A stretch of 63,730 nt of DNA, filler included, from Lenisia limosa (lineage: Eukaryota; Protista; Breviatea), in assembly GCA_001655205.1 (NCBI GenBank). It is 12 parts of 12 records of this genome, joined end to end, with 100 filler letters (N's around TTAATTAATTAA, not from the genome) between each part and the next. Parts side by side here need not be neighbours in the genome. Positions count along the whole stretch, not along the records: positions 1 to 6,700 come from LPNZ01008155.1; positions 6,801 to 10,552 come from LPNZ01005363.1; positions 10,653 to 17,558 come from LPNZ01003000.1; 9 more parts are not named here. The stretch is one strand, 5' to 3'. The notes beneath the pieces were generated by a model. The model was given only the letters and a program-made list of their open reading frames with translations, ran no database searches and was not told the origin of the DNA. Position 1 is the stretch's first letter. Every line of letters starts with the position of its first letter. Made by a program: the position numbers and the translations under genes. Shown here one piece after another: positions 1-13,429 of this stretch.

Positions 1-45
1 AGGTTGTATCTGGCCGTCCACACCATCACGCTTATAAGAAAACAC
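1..45 (+). repeat. Family D/E arm fragment
   Basis: AGGTTGTATCTGGCCGTCCACACCATCACGCTTATAAGA. Confidence 0.65.
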
Positions 46-311
46 ACCCTTCAAAACTTGGTTGTTAGTCCAAGCAAACCGCATATGAGATTGTTGAGGG
101 GGCAGGGGGCGGCAACAGCGGAGAGTTTGAGGGCAAATGCAAAGGACAGTCTATGGAGGTGAGTGTGGTTGCATTGAACGGTTTTTGGTGTGATTAGCAA
201 TGTAATAACAAAGTGAATCTGTCTAAATGTTGTTGTCAGAGCCGTGAATAGAATCTGGTGAAAATTTTTAAAAAACCACAAGATATTTTGGTAGTATAGT
301 TATGAAATCAG

Positions 312-3300
312 AACTACCCGTCTACGAGGGAATGTGGCACGCCAACGCGCTGAGTACGGCCGCGGAGATGACAAGGTTTTCCGGGTGCACCAGGGAGAAT
401 CGGATCAAAGATCGGATCTTGGTGGCAATCAAGGTTCTACAGGGGGGGTTAGAGATGAGAGGGGATATGTTGATATCCATTAAATATATCAAATATGGAT
501 CTCAAAAACGCAGCTGTAACAAAAAACACACAAATAACAGCCATGTATTATGTTGGCCACATCATTCCCTTCGCGAAAAAAGACTGATTTCTCGATAAAT
601 CTTCAAAAACTATCGATATTTTACCTGTCTTTTTTGAACCAAAGTGAAGCCCTAATGATTACCTTGAGAGGAGGAAAGCAAGTTGCTCGCGAAATTCGAA
701 TTTGGTATGAACAAGAACCATTCTGAATGAGGTCAAAGGATTGTTAGTATGTGGGTAGTTAATCAATTCGTTACTTCAAAGAGATTTTGGACANNNNNNN
801 NNNNNNNNNNNNNNNNNNNNNNNNNNNNNNNNNNNNNNNNNNNNNNNNNNNNNNNNNNNNNNNNNNNNNNNNNNNNNNNNNNNNNNNNNNNNNNNNNNNN
901 NNNNNNNNNNNGACGCTTCTGAAAAGCATTATATTTAAAAAGGGAGTGAAATGCTGGAACAAAAGATTAAATATTAGATTCATGATGACAATGCATTATC
1001 TTCGTATTTCATAGCTCTGTTGTTAAATAGCAGAAGCGAACAGGCTCACCAAAGAGGATATAGAGGGCTGCAGGCCTCAAGGGTTTCGACATCAACGTAA
1101 TCGGTGTCTACAAGGGGTTAATTTGCACAAAATGCAATAGGAGTCATTTTGAGTTCAATTATCCATTTCCAATAATAAATCTATTCATACGTCCACCACA
1201 TTCGTAACACCCCCCCCCAAAAAAAAAAAAAAAAAATTANNNNNNNNNNNNNNNNNNNNNNNNNNNNNNNNNNNNNNNNNNNNNNNNNNNNNNNNNNNNN
1301 NNNNNNNNNNNNNNNNNNNNNNNNNNNNNNNNNNNNNNNNNNNNNNNNNNNNNNNNNNNNNNNNNNNNNNNNNNNNNNNNNNNNNNNNNNNNNNNNNNNN
1401 NNNNNNNNNNNNNNNNNNNNNNNNNNNNNNNNNNNNNNNNNNNNNNNNNNNNNNNNNNNNNNNNNNCAAAAACAAAAACAAAAGCAAAAACAAAAACAAT
1501 AAAATCACAGGACTCAGCTTTCTGTCCAACCTTGAGAATGACATATCCAACTTCCTCCTTTAGTGCGGCAGCCAACACACCGAATCGAATGGCCTTGGGT
1601 CTGGCGGGTTAAAATAGTAAGACGTTGACAAGAAGATGAATGCGACATATCATGCAAAATAGAGTCGACACTTCAAGCTATCTCATAACATCATATATAA
1701 TACGATAAGAATTTCACTACAGATTTTTGGTGCCTACCTTTCCTCTTCCTGTAGTATGGTGTTCAAGAATTCCAAAAACTTCTCCAGCTCAACTCCTTTC
1801 TAAACCAGTAACAGAACAGAGTTTGCTGCTACGATAAAAATCGAGAATATACTTATTAATTGCTCAATTCCATTGCAATTGAAGATAGTTTCTACCAAAA
1901 AGTATTGCTGGGGAGGCACGCAGAAAGCTGTGTGCACAAAGTTGTAACGCAAATGATTGGGTGAATTAATATTATACAATAATCCAATATCTCTGCAAGA
2001 AAAAATCTTATTATTTCTCATTGCTATATATTTTATGTCAGTTGCTGTGAACTGAAAAATAACGATCTGCTGTATAATATTGTTTTTGGATCGAAGTGAA
2101 GTCCCACTCACCACTCCGTTCGCAATTGACAGTAAGAAGGGATGGAGGACAGAAAGACACTGTATTGGTGAGATGTGAATTCAGGCAGCTTAAATGTAGT
2201 AGATTAGACGGATGATATTACCACGTATTCTTTATCAACCGACTGGACCCCCGCCCTACTGTCCGAACACCATAGAAATATTCAAAAGTTATATTTGGCG
2301 TGAGTGATTTAGGCCACTTTTGCCTCTTTCACTCGTTTCATTAGATTATCAAATTTTGTTTGTACCATGAGACTGGTGGGAGTAAGAAGGCTTGAACTGG
2401 ATGTTGTATTTGATTTTTGAAAGGGGAGAGGTTTACTTCAAGGTGAAATTAGACAGAAAAAAAAGGAAAAATTAATGTGCACAAGAAGAGCAGATGTGGA
2501 GGAAATATAGGAAAAACAAAAAGAACGAATTACTTCATATGATATGCACTTTGTACTAGACATTATTTGAGCCATTTAGAGAATTAGCGTTGGTTTCAAA
2601 AAGTCCATTGAAATATGCACCTTTTCCCATTCAGAGTTTTCGTAGGCCGCCTGGGCTTTGTCGTAGATGGAACCGCAGAGTACGAGAGCCTCAGTCTCAA
2701 TCTGCTGCCTTGGGGTGTGAGCACATTCAGACAATTCTGTCATCTATCATACAATCATTGTGCTCACAATACTCTGAAACAGTATGTTTCTATATGATAT
2801 GATATAAATGAATTATATGGTTCTACAAATGAAAACAATTCACCCACTCTGTCATCTATGTTTCCTTGGAAGGAAAGACACATAATATGACATGATATGG
2901 CCAGATATAATTGCATATCATATAAATATCACTCATAATGTAAAACATGTGTGTCAAACGACAAACGAAATACATCCCCCACTCTATCACGGAGTCTCCA
3001 GTTGTACCCACTTGAAGATGTCGCCTCTTATGCCTAATGTGTTATGCGTGTCGGGGGGGGGGGGAGGCGAACACCCCCAGTCAATCACTAGTATTTCCCA
3101 AGTGTTGCGAAGAAGAAAGGAACGAGATAAAGGCTGGGCTCAAAATAATGACAGCATATCTGTAACATGTCAATAATTGAGAGCATGTGTAAGTAAGGTA
3201 TACGTAAATATCATATTTAGGAAAACGCTCACTTATTGGGGGTCTTTTCCCTCCTTCTCATATGCGATTCGACGTGCTTCAGAAGTTCCGCCTACAATTG

Positions 3301-3630
3301 GAGTTAAAACAGGCGATAAGTGAGAGACAGGATGATCACTAAAAAAAGATAGGGTAAGGACACAAATTTCAAAAGAGGTGACGTCATGACGGAGTTGGTC
3401 GATACCTGTTTGAAATGCGCACATATCTGGAGTTTAGACAAAACCGATAATTTTGTCATAATATACATTGTGTGAAGTCTCGAACCCGATATCATATTAC
3501 CAGTTTTGTCAGTTTAGTTGCGACATTGTTTGGAGTAAACTAAACCCACCTCCTCCGAATGAGTACAGGCCTCCTTGAAGGCTGCAAGATGGACTGGTGT
3601 CATCTGCTTTAGCTCAACTATGACGTCATT
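312..3630 (-). CDS. Multi-exon gene fragment(s), unknown product
   Basis: Series of short open GC-richer exons bounded by AG/GT on the minus strand (e.g. PKAIRFGVLAAALKEEVGYVILKVGQKAES; QQIETEALVLCGSIYDKAQAAYENSEWEK). No family recognised; may be continuous with the TPR-like gene upstream. Confidence 0.45.
563..654. mobile_element. MITE family A copy
   Basis: Shares the core GAATTTCTCGATAAATCCTCGAAAACTATCGATATTTTAC and the end AAGTGAAGCCCTA with other copies. Confidence 0.75.
1906..1994 (+). repeat. Family D/E internal segment
   Basis: GGGGAGGCACGCAGAAAGCTGTG...CAAATGATTGGGTGAATTAATATTATAC, also seen at 31739, 47440 and 58070 (reverse). Confidence 0.8.
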
Positions 3631-3772
3631 TGAAAAATGGTTAAATTCAACTAATTATTACTCATTATATATACATACTGAGAAAAAATGGTTAGAATTC
3701 AATTTTTACTCATTTTACATACAATATGGATATCTGATATAGTAGCTATATATATATATGATATATGTATAG

Positions 3773-4367
3773 TCAAAGCTCCGGACATCATTCAAAATTC
3801 CCGGACACNNNNNNNNNNAGTAATCTCAATCTTAATCAAATAATGAAACCCCAATTTAACATATTATCGAGTCAAAACCAAATTAAGTCCCTAAGCTCTC
3901 TATTTACGGTCCAAAAAAAGTCAAAAACAAGCAAAACCGTTAAAAAAGGCCACATTCAAGGAATAAATGGCAACTATCCGGGAAAGTTTACCCCTGTAGA
4001 CAGTGCTATTTTGAGCATTTCCCCCTCAAAATTCACCATTACATAGCCAAAGCAAATGGGAACCCGGAACCAATTACTCCGAGGGGTACAAATTTTTGTT
4101 TCTTAACACTAAAATTGGGTTCAGAAAAAAATCCTGTGAAAGGCAAAAGGGGGAGGGACCCCCGGGAGACCAAATTCACGGATTTTTGACATTTGCTCAA
4201 AATTGAAAAAAAAAGAGTTAGGGAACATTAGGAGGTCCATTTCTCTATGTATCTGTCGAAGCATTTTTTTCAAAAAACACTAGCAATGGCCTATACAAGG
4301 TGTCAACTTCAAGCTGTCTGGGAGTTTTGATGTGTCCGGGAATTTTGAATGATGTCCGGAGCTTTGA
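3773..4367. mobile_element. About 600-bp element with a perfect 36-bp inverted repeat
   Basis: TCAAAGCTCCGGACATCATTCAAAATTCCCGGACAC (3773-3808) is the exact reverse complement of 4332-4367. The left arm abuts a gap. Confidence 0.55.
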
Positions 4368-4419
4368 GGACCCACATATATATAAATATTCCTGAGAACC
4401 AAGTCGTTTTGATCCCACA

Positions 4420-6600
4420 TTTCTTGAAGATTGACACAGCCGATTCGAATGACTGCAGGCCACAATGGCACACTGCAAGGCCGAGGCAAATCCGTGCATC
4501 AGCCTCGTCCCATAGATACTGCGGGGGGTAATGGATATTCATAAAACAAAAAAAACCCCCTAATAAATGCTATAATACAACATATATAAAAAAAAAAATC
4601 CCAATCAACATACAGTGACCGGGAAAAGTCTTGACCGATTTGCAAAATGATTTCCCAAGGAAAATCGGTCAAGACTTATACCGGTCACTGTACCTCAAGT
4701 AAACAAAATTCATTTTAACAAATTCCCAAAACAATCAACATACCTCCAGTAACCAGTGGCCGTATTGGTACCATCCTGCCATCATGAAGGCCTCACCCAG
4801 GTCCACTAGCAAGCTTCCTGGGAGGTAAGTACAGACATAGTGTTGTAACGGGCATTATACGATTACAGCTTCTCAATTGCAAAATTTGTGAGCAGAAAAG
4901 AGGTTTCATAAACCGAAAAAGCAGAGCAATCACATTTCTGAAAAGGTATTTGATTAGAGCTTTTCTCTCACATGATGACAAGAAGGTACCCCCACAAACG
5001 ATGCGAATTGTCCTCGATTTCGTTGATTTTGATAATAAGCTCTGTAATCTAAAGTATGAAACCTGCAGTTGGGCTTGGATGATCAGAGTCACAGAGAACT
5101 GTAAGCAAAAAAATGGGGTGATGGGATGGGGTGGGTACCCAAGGAAGAGCAATATATCCAGTATATATTTCATATTTATACATATGATATAGTATATCGA
5201 TATATATGCATATACATGTATTATATGATAATAAATGTATGATAAAATGAAACTGCGTAATAAGATCCGTAACATACCTCTGTTTGTGACATTGGAGGTT
5301 CATGGCCCTCTTCCAGTTCCACATCTATTGCATCAGCAAAGCCAAAGTTGATTCTAAGAGGCATATATTCTACTTTAATATATCATACATAGACTGTATA
5401 TATATACATAATACATGTATTCCTCGGTATTCCCTAGATTTCTAATGAATATTATTTCTCTTGCGCAAAAAAAAAACTTGGTTCCTTGGTTGATCATCAA
5501 GAAAAATAGCTCCGTCATTGTTTCTCGGCAAAAACGATACCCCCCACCCTACCAGGCTGTACTAAGCCCGAAGCATTCGGGGCCCTCAGCAGACAGGCGA
5601 ATCTCAGGATCGACAAGGGTAAAGAGTAGGGCGTGGAGCCCAGTGAGATGATTCCAAGTGCCTCATCGTACTGTGTTGTGAGTTGGACGGGCTAGCATCA
5701 TCATCTATTATATCTATTTGTAGTATATGTCTTTAATGCGGCTCAAAAGACACGTTGATCCCAAAGTTTTTTGGTACCTCATGAATGTGACTCAGCCCAC
5801 TGCACCTTGTTGGTGTTGGCAAGGAGTTCAGCCCAAACAGAGATAAGACCCTCATCATAGATGGTGTTGACGGGGGTAGAGTTCTACTTGGTAAGATGGG
5901 ATAAAACGATTCAACCCTGTATGAAACGGAAATAAAATTGACGAAAGGAGATATGCTCACTTACTACATTCAGTTATATCGTTTGAACTGACAGACCCAA
6001 AGAAATCGCCTCAGAATAGCATGGCATTACGTAATTAAGTTAAGTGCACCTCAAACCTTGAAAGTCTCAAGAATCTCAAGTGCTTTAGGAATACGTCGTG
6101 AGCCAAAAAGTGCCTGGAATATAACGATAGAAATTCAAATAAAATAAAAACGGTCGTATCTTCTCGGAAATACGACTGAAAATGAACAGAAATTGCAGTT
6201 GTGCAATATTTACAGTTCTTATCTACCCCTCGTACTCTGACAGCCTCCTTCAAGATATCCTGTTCCATCCGAATATGGGGGGGCAGCGTATCTGAGTAAG
6301 AGAATTATTCAATAGCTTTTCAATATTGTAATCAGAATGTTAATAAAAAATATTCGTCATAAGTCCAAAGTTTCACAGCGATTGAGTGCAAAAAAGATAA
6401 AAGGAAGATAGGCTTCTCATCATATCCATTAGTCAAAGCACCGACCGAGGAGTGAAAGTGACTGTCTGTACTTGCCCATATTGGTCAGGATCCGGACGCA
6501 AGGCACCACAAAGTCCTTGACACCAGGAACAAGACGGTTTACCTTTTGGAGGATCGGGAGGGACTGTTCATCATCACCAAGTTGACTACAAATGTAAGTG
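4420..6600 (-). CDS. Multi-exon alpha-helical repeat (TPR-like) protein, partial
   Basis: Exons such as LGDDEQSLPILQKVNRLVP...LTNMGKYRQSLSLL, GSLLVDLGEAFMMAGWYQYGHWLLE and YLWDEADARICLGLAVCHCGLQSFESAVSIFKK show TPR-like helix spacing and have GT/AG boundaries. Confidence 0.5.
4611..4692. mobile_element. Tc1/mariner-pogo-type MITE, family B1 (82 bp)
   Basis: TA|CAGTGACCGGGAAAAGTCTTGACCGATTT ... AAATCGGTCAAGACTTATACCGGTCACTG|TA: a near-perfect hairpin with TA at both ends. Confidence 0.9.
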
Positions 6601-6700
6601 CAATGGTTTTGATGGTTTCTCTTAATGATCTTGAAATCGTTGGGAAGAGGGTCATTTAAATATAATAAACTTGGAACATAGTATCTCTCCACGTATGTTA

Positions 6701-6800
6701 NNNNNNNNNNNNNNNNNNNNNNNNNNNNNNNNNNNNNNNNNNNNTTAATTAATTAANNNNNNNNNNNNNNNNNNNNNNNNNNNNNNNNNNNNNNNNNNNN
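6701..6800. other. Artificial scaffold spacer 1
   Basis: 44 N + TTAATTAATTAA + 44 N (stop codons in all six frames). Confidence 0.97.
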
Positions 6801-6989
6801 TGTAATGGAACTTAATGAAACATAAATAAAAAAGCCCAATATCACTCTCTGTTGGCAAAACGGTTAAGAAAACACTTGCGTTTGAAAATAGTACACCAAA
6901 CAAAGCTAATAGCTTCTTAAGCACCACATATATGTATGGGAAACAAAAATATTCTAGAATCCAACAGTGACAATGAACCAGCCTACCAA

Positions 6990-9900
6990 TTGGGCAGTAC
7001 ATGTAGGTGGCCTTTGTGTTTTCCATGAGGCGAAGAGAGAAATTGCCAACATGAAGCGCAACCTTCTCCATCATCACGTGCCGCATGTCATCTTGAGAAA
7101 TTAAAAAACCCAGCCAAATGCCAGGCATTAGCTTCAAGAATTTTCGATAGTCACTAGCATTGAATACTTTTCACCAGTATTGATGTGCATCCCCATAAAA
7201 TATGTCTCAAAAGACCCCCCCCCCNNNNNNNNNNNNNNNNNNNNNNNNNNNNNNNNNNNNNNNNNNNNNNNNNNNNNNNNNNNNNNNNNNNNNNNNNNNN
7301 NNNNNNNNNNNNNNNNNNNNNNNNNNNNNNNNNNNNNNNNNNNNNNNNNNNNNCTACACAGTCAAAATAGCAGTCCCAAGGGAGAACCACAAACAAACAT
7401 ATGATCTGATATAGTAGATGCATATAGTATATTAGAGTATCAAAACAGGGCTTACCTGAACTTCTCGGGTCCGTACTGCACGAGAACATTGACCATCGCT
7501 TCGGGCAAGAGGGTGGCTAAAATAGACCTTTCGTTCATCTGGCTCTGTTGCAGCACCTAAAGAGGTCAAACTTACAAAAGCAGGCACGAGGGGCTAGAAA
7601 TAATAAGAAAATACTCATCATTGTGAAAATATTGATGGTGAGGATCCCAAAATATGAACAATATCACTATCTACCCCCCCCCCCGTCTAAAAAACNNNNN
7701 NNNNNNNNNNNNNNNNNNNNNNNNNNNNNNNNNNNNNNNNNNNNNNNNNNNNNNNNNNNNNNNNNNNNNNNNNNNNNNNNNNNNAAATGCTGTTTGGTAT
7801 GTGTAGCGTGAAGCAGCTTGGTGATGTGGAGGATGTTGGAGCCTGGGTACAGCATGAGGAAGAAGAACACTCCGGTGAGGTAGAACTTTGGCATAACGTT
7901 GAGGTTGTCTTCAATGAGCTTAAGAAGGAGTACGGAGGCCTAGGGAGGGTAAAGTTGGAAAATATATGAAACAAAAAAAAAGGCCCAAAATCAACTCTGT
8001 TGGATAGCAAGGGAACTGTGTTGAAACGTGAAAGAAAAAAAGGTCATGAGGATGAAACGCGAGTTACACGGGGTAACGTCACTGACCTTCTCAATGATAA
8101 GCGGATCGAAGCTGGCTAAGGTCTGAACAATGTGCGGCAAGATCTTGTGGTCACTGATAATTATATCACCGAAAAAAATAATTGTAACAAGGTGACAAGT
8201 ATTATAAATGCTGTGAGCCCCTTTCCTAACCTCAAAATGGCCTTGGCGCGGGGAAGAGGGTAGATAATGGCACCTGACAGGTGAGAGTTCAATGGAAGAG
8301 CGGTCAAAAAAACAAAACCGCATAAGATAAATAGAAATAATAATACTTGTGTATGACACATCATTTTAATATATAAGAGTATACTACCTTCAGGAGTTTT
8401 GTTGGGCGAGTTAACGCACAGACGATGGAGCATGTCCAGGATCATTGCTGAACTGATTGAGCAGGTATCAATACCAAACATATAGTACATAATACCCCTA
8501 TGATGACTTTTTTTTTTACATAAGCAAAATGAGTCCTATTCTGATGTGAGATTGAGGTAGAACTGAGGAAAGGAAACAGCGATGTTTTTCAGGTTGGTAA
8601 GTGACACCGCATACCAGCGAGACGAGTGTATTGGAACACCTCAGGGCCTTCAGCAAGAAGGGTCCAGCGGAACTGTGTAATCTGGCAAAGGGGCATCCAT
8701 GCCTCCATTCCAGGCGCCCAGACTCTGTGCAATTAGATGGAATTTGTAAAAAAAATGTATTATTCATTTCAAATCATGAGGGGGGGGGGTCAACTAGAAC
8801 AAGGTACCTACCGGGTCTTTTCGGTGATTTTGCCTTCTTGGAAAGCCGTTTTCATGTCTGTAGCACTGAAGTGTCAGAGAGGGGAAGGGGGCATCAAAGC
8901 ACAACAGTCATGCACCCATCATCATAAGATCATCTCTTGTCTATTAAAACTAAGAATGACCCCCCTCCCCACCTAAGAGGTCCGATCTTAGACTTGGCAG
9001 CCTCAACGGCAGCAGTGGACCGGTCCATGCCCTGCTTGATCTTCCTCTGAATGTCAGCAGCCTCAGCTTCCGAGGCCTCGTCCAAGGTATAATACCATTC
9101 GGGCTGTCCAACACGCTCCATGTCGCCTGAAATTGTTAGCTGGCTTTTCCTGTTTTGCATGAAAACAGTTGTTTTTGAATGGAGAAGAAAATGAATAGTA
9201 CCCCTATTACCGGAGGTGATGAGGTTAGCTTGTTGTGGTACAATGTTCTTGTCCTTTTTGTCGGTAACATGCACTAAACAAAGCAGATCCACAACAGTCT
9301 CAATTCCCTTGAAGTCCAGGAACATCTTGACGTTCTCCTTGTGCAGCAGTAAGCGGTCGACAAGCACAACCAAACGGTCACGAAGGGTTCTGGGGGGGGG
9401 GGGTAANNNNNNNNNNNNNNNNNNNNNNNNNNNNNNNNNNNNNNNNNNNNNNNNNNNNNNNNNNNNNNNNNNNNNNNNNNNNNNNNNNNNNNNNNNNNNN
9501 NNNGAGTGAAAATACTCAAGGATACAGCTGACTACAAGCTATCAATACCCCATCAGCAGCGCTATTCCCCACCTGTTGCGCGTAGTCTGGAGCATGTTGA
9601 GGATGTGGGGCGTGTCACGAATGGGGCCAATCTTGCCATTGTAGTGTTTGTAAACGACCGCGAGGGCTTGGAGGCAAAGATCCTGAAGGCCAAGATCTTG
9701 CTCCATCAGCAGTCTACATTCATGAGCGATTCAAGAAAACATTTTACTAAAAAGACCAAAAAGTACCGCCATTAAAGGCTTGTTTGAGAACTCTAGTCTT
9801 TTGCATGGACCAAGTAACTATCATAACGGACTCACCTGTGATAGAGCTCATCAAAGAACAGCGCAGGGTCGTGAAGCTTGGGTGCTTTCGAGCCTGGAGA

Positions 9901-10450
9901 ATAAGGTGGCTTTTTCAGAAGCAAATGAAATTTTCCTGCTGAGGAGGCTCATTTGGTAGAAAATATAATATCAAAGAATCGATGACATATTTGGAAGCAA
10001 ACCTGGGGGAGGGTCCAGCAACAGCCGAATGTAGTAGTCACCAATTCTGAGCTCCTTCTGCAAGCACAGGTAGGGTACACTGAATCGGATAAGAAAAGCC
10101 ACTGCGCTGCCTCAATGCTTAGCAGCGAAAAGACTGCTCACCTGAACTCCACGTGGTTCCAAGCAAGCAAATGCTCACCACCGGCGCCACCACTTCCGCT
10201 GCCCATTCCATGCACGTTCTGCTGGTGCTCGAAGTTGCGCGCTTCTAAAACGGGTTATTTTCTGAGTTTCGTGCCTCCTTTGATACGATGTTTTCGTTTT
10301 TTTCTTTAGTTGTTGTTGTGCAAATCATGTCATCTCTAAAGACGGGGGTACGAACCTTGGATGACGTTTTCTCTGAGTTCTTCCCTGGTGAGGTGGTTCC
10401 AAATCAAATCGGCACGCGCGTGGTCACGGTAGATCTGTATCAATCAGAAC
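6990..10450 (-). CDS. DNAJC13: RME-8 / DNAJC13 endosomal J-domain protein, internal fragment
   Basis: Consecutive exons match RME-8: DHARADLIWNHLTREEL, AWNHVEF, ELRIGDYYIRLLLD, FFDELYHR, LCLQALAVVY, RDRLVVLVDRL, GYF_2-like EWYY...GPL, FDPLIIEK, MPKFYLTGVFFF, LLPEAMV, YMYCPI. Both ends truncated by scaffold limits. Confidence 0.92.
7940..8015 (-). repeat. Family C repeat forming the 3' end of an RME-8 intron
   Basis: Minus strand: CCAACAGAGTTGATTTTGGGCC...TTTCATATATTTTCCAACTTTACCCTCCCTAG|exon. Confidence 0.85.
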
Positions 10451-10552
10451 GTAATCAAAAACAAGGGGGATGGGGGAGTGTTTCATTGATTTTCACAGAT
10501 TATTAGGGGAGCGGATGGGTGTTGGGAGATTGTTTTTTCTTGTAAGGACTAG

Positions 10553-10652
10553 NNNNNNNNNNNNNNNNNNNNNNNNNNNNNNNNNNNNNNNNNNNNTTAA
10601 TTAATTAANNNNNNNNNNNNNNNNNNNNNNNNNNNNNNNNNNNNNNNNNNNN
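10553..10652. other. Artificial scaffold spacer 2
   Basis: Same 100-bp structure. Confidence 0.97.
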
Positions 10653-13429
10653 CCCGTGTGTGCGTGTTATGTAGTGTCTTATAAGTGTTCTGTAAAAGAC
10701 GTGTTAATGTGTTAGGTTTTTTAACCGGTGCTTTCTTGTTTTGGATACATTTTTGCTGACGAAATTGGCCAATGAACAAATATTATAAACATGTCATGTG
10801 ATGTTCTTGATCAGATCTGGTTGTTGATTCAGAGAATGTTATGAGTTGTTTGAACTGCGTCTTACGTGGCAAATGGAGATTGTAGTTTATGGATATCACA
10901 CCNNNNNNNNNNNNNNNNNNNNNNNNNNNNNNNNNNNNNNNNNNNNNNNNNNNNNNNNNNNNNNNNNNNNNNNNNNNNNNNNNNNNNNNNNNNNNNNNNN
11001 NNNNNNNNNNNNNNNACGCTAGACAAATAAGCAGCAATCTCGACGTCATTTTTGTTAGCAACACGAGTGTTACGACAATTATCTTAGTTATATATGCCAT
11101 ATTTTTAGCAAAAATTTTCGCATATTTCAAATAAAATCAAAGATAGAGGAAAATTCACAGATATATGGACGGTGTGATATGAATTTTATGGGGATTTAGT
11201 TAATGTAAATAAACACCCAAATTACTCTTGTTTTGACGCACTTCTCTACACAAAAATAAAGTCCATAAAGAAACGAAACACCTAACCTACAACCATATCA
11301 CCCCCAATGCACTTTCTTTGTCGATTGCACGAAAATTGACGAGGAATTCAAGGAGCTTTGTGGCTCACGTGCGAAGACGTCTGTTGGTCTGGAATATTAG
11401 GGATTGCAAGGGCGCCCATCGCAACTTCAATACTTCAAGTTTGGGAGTAAAACTGAAATTGGGTTTGGGAAACACACAAGGGCTAAACAACAAATAAACA
11501 AAGCCCACTTCCCGAAAATAAACTGGTGCTGCTTCCTTCAACCATCAATACCAAATCTGTTTTTTTTTTACAGTGAAGTCTCTATTGAAATTGGGATCAG
11601 AGAGATCCAGCGGTTGACTACACAAAAGAGATCTGTACTTCATGGTCATGCACAATTCCCCTCTCACTCAGGATCCTTGGGCAGCGGGATGGAAGAAGAG
11701 AGAACGGGTGGAGCATGCACGTATGCCATGTTACTAAAACTTTAATGTCACAAAACTCAAAATCTATTTCATCGTACTACAATAGAAACAGAAATAGGTG
11801 AGAAAAAGAAGGCTCCACAGCATGAAAGACTATCGCTAAATACTCAGGTGAATGCAAAATTGAGAAGGATGATTGTCAAATTGAGAGTTTATGCAAGAAC
11901 ATATTGCAGTACTCATTTGACAACACTGACCCCGTCCATCGGGTTTAGAGACATGTTTTTGGCGATTTGAGCAGGCTATGAGCAATTCCGCATAAGTTAG
12001 CAATTTTTTTGTTGTATGGGGCAATACCCAATGCCATTGTTATAATGCTCGTCCCCATTCTTGCCTTGGAAATTGAATTTTTGACTGAAAACCCTCTTCC
12101 CTTGTTTTATGGATAATCAGTTTTTTTTTTCATACAGCCACAGTAGTAAGAAATAAAATCTGAATAGTGCTGAAGCATTCGACACTTGTTGACCTTGTTA
12201 GGTCATGCCTGTCGATTTCTACTACTGTTAGTATGTTGAAGATTCTTCATTGTGCTTAGATAAGAAGAATGGTGGTCACCGTAAGTTCATTAATGACCGA
12301 ACTCTTGTGGCATGGTGTGCCAAATTTATGCTCTATTTTGAATTAACCATTGATACGGCCAAACAATGTTTTGATTCGAGACTCTTAACAACTTGACCAA
12401 CCGATTTTTCTGTGGTGTCAATGCTCGGGGATAACATGCCGTCATCTTTACCATGGAAACGGCCAGGAGTCATGCAAACTATAAGCTGCTTTGCAAATCA
12501 CACTGGCTGTTTTGTCTTCGTTTTATTCGCAACTTAATTGCTATGTTTCGCACAATACAAGGATTTTCGTATGTACACACTTCTTGAACTCAACCTTGAC
12601 TGTCTCTATATTCGGTCTATAAAGACGGAATTCCCCATTAACTCTCTAAAAATCGATCTTAGTGAAGTTGCTCTAAACGCTCTTAAGAATACAAATTTGA
12701 AGGCAGTGAAAAGTAAATCATCAATAAGTAAAAAGGGGTAGATAATCAAATAACCAAAAAAGTATGCAAAGATATATATATATATATATGTAATCAAACT
12801 ATCAAGCTGGGTCGTTATGCTATTAAACATTCTGCAAATTTACTCAGAAAATAGTTTTAAATCATTATTGATGGGAAAATAAATTGTAAACTAATCAATG
12901 CTTATTTTAGCCAACCAACCTTCGAGTTGGGGGAGGGAGGGAAGGAGTGAATGTTGGTTTTGGCTTGGCAGGGGGGGAGTAAACAGTTTTAACGGGGTCG
13001 GCCATAAGGTCGGATCTAGTGGAAATGGGATAATACAAAACCTTTGTTCAAAAGACCAAAATCAATAATAACCTAGAGTCCATACCTGGTGACTGCGCGC
13101 GCAGAATTAGTAAAAGATTGCGCGAGGCGTGACGAAGCTGAAATGCGTTGGGCTACTTGGTCAGTACCGACGTTTGTAAATTGTCCCGATTCGTATTTTC
13201 AATATTGTACGACAAGGGAGAATTCATAGAATATCAAGAATTTATTGATGAATATCTTCCTATCTGGGCAGAAGTGAGAAATCATTGAGTACTGTTTTTA
13301 TTTCTATTTATGTAGTTTCTTGCACTCAAAAAATCAAAGCCACTTACTCTGAGCGTAGTAGCCTTCCCCATTTAGTGTCTTCTGAACAGTGAAGGGTCAC
13401 GTGGGGGTAAAGGGGTATGTAGAGTATGG

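Noticed and set aside
6745-6756. Recurrent TTAATTAATTAA palindrome as a biological motif or CRISPR-like repeat
   Set aside because: It is always centred in exactly 44+44 N; this is an assembly linker.
11830-12560. Cys-rich minus-strand ORF fragments as a decayed integrase or transposase
   Set aside because: No catalytic motif is recognisable, there are multiple stops, and the cysteine spacing matches only weakly.
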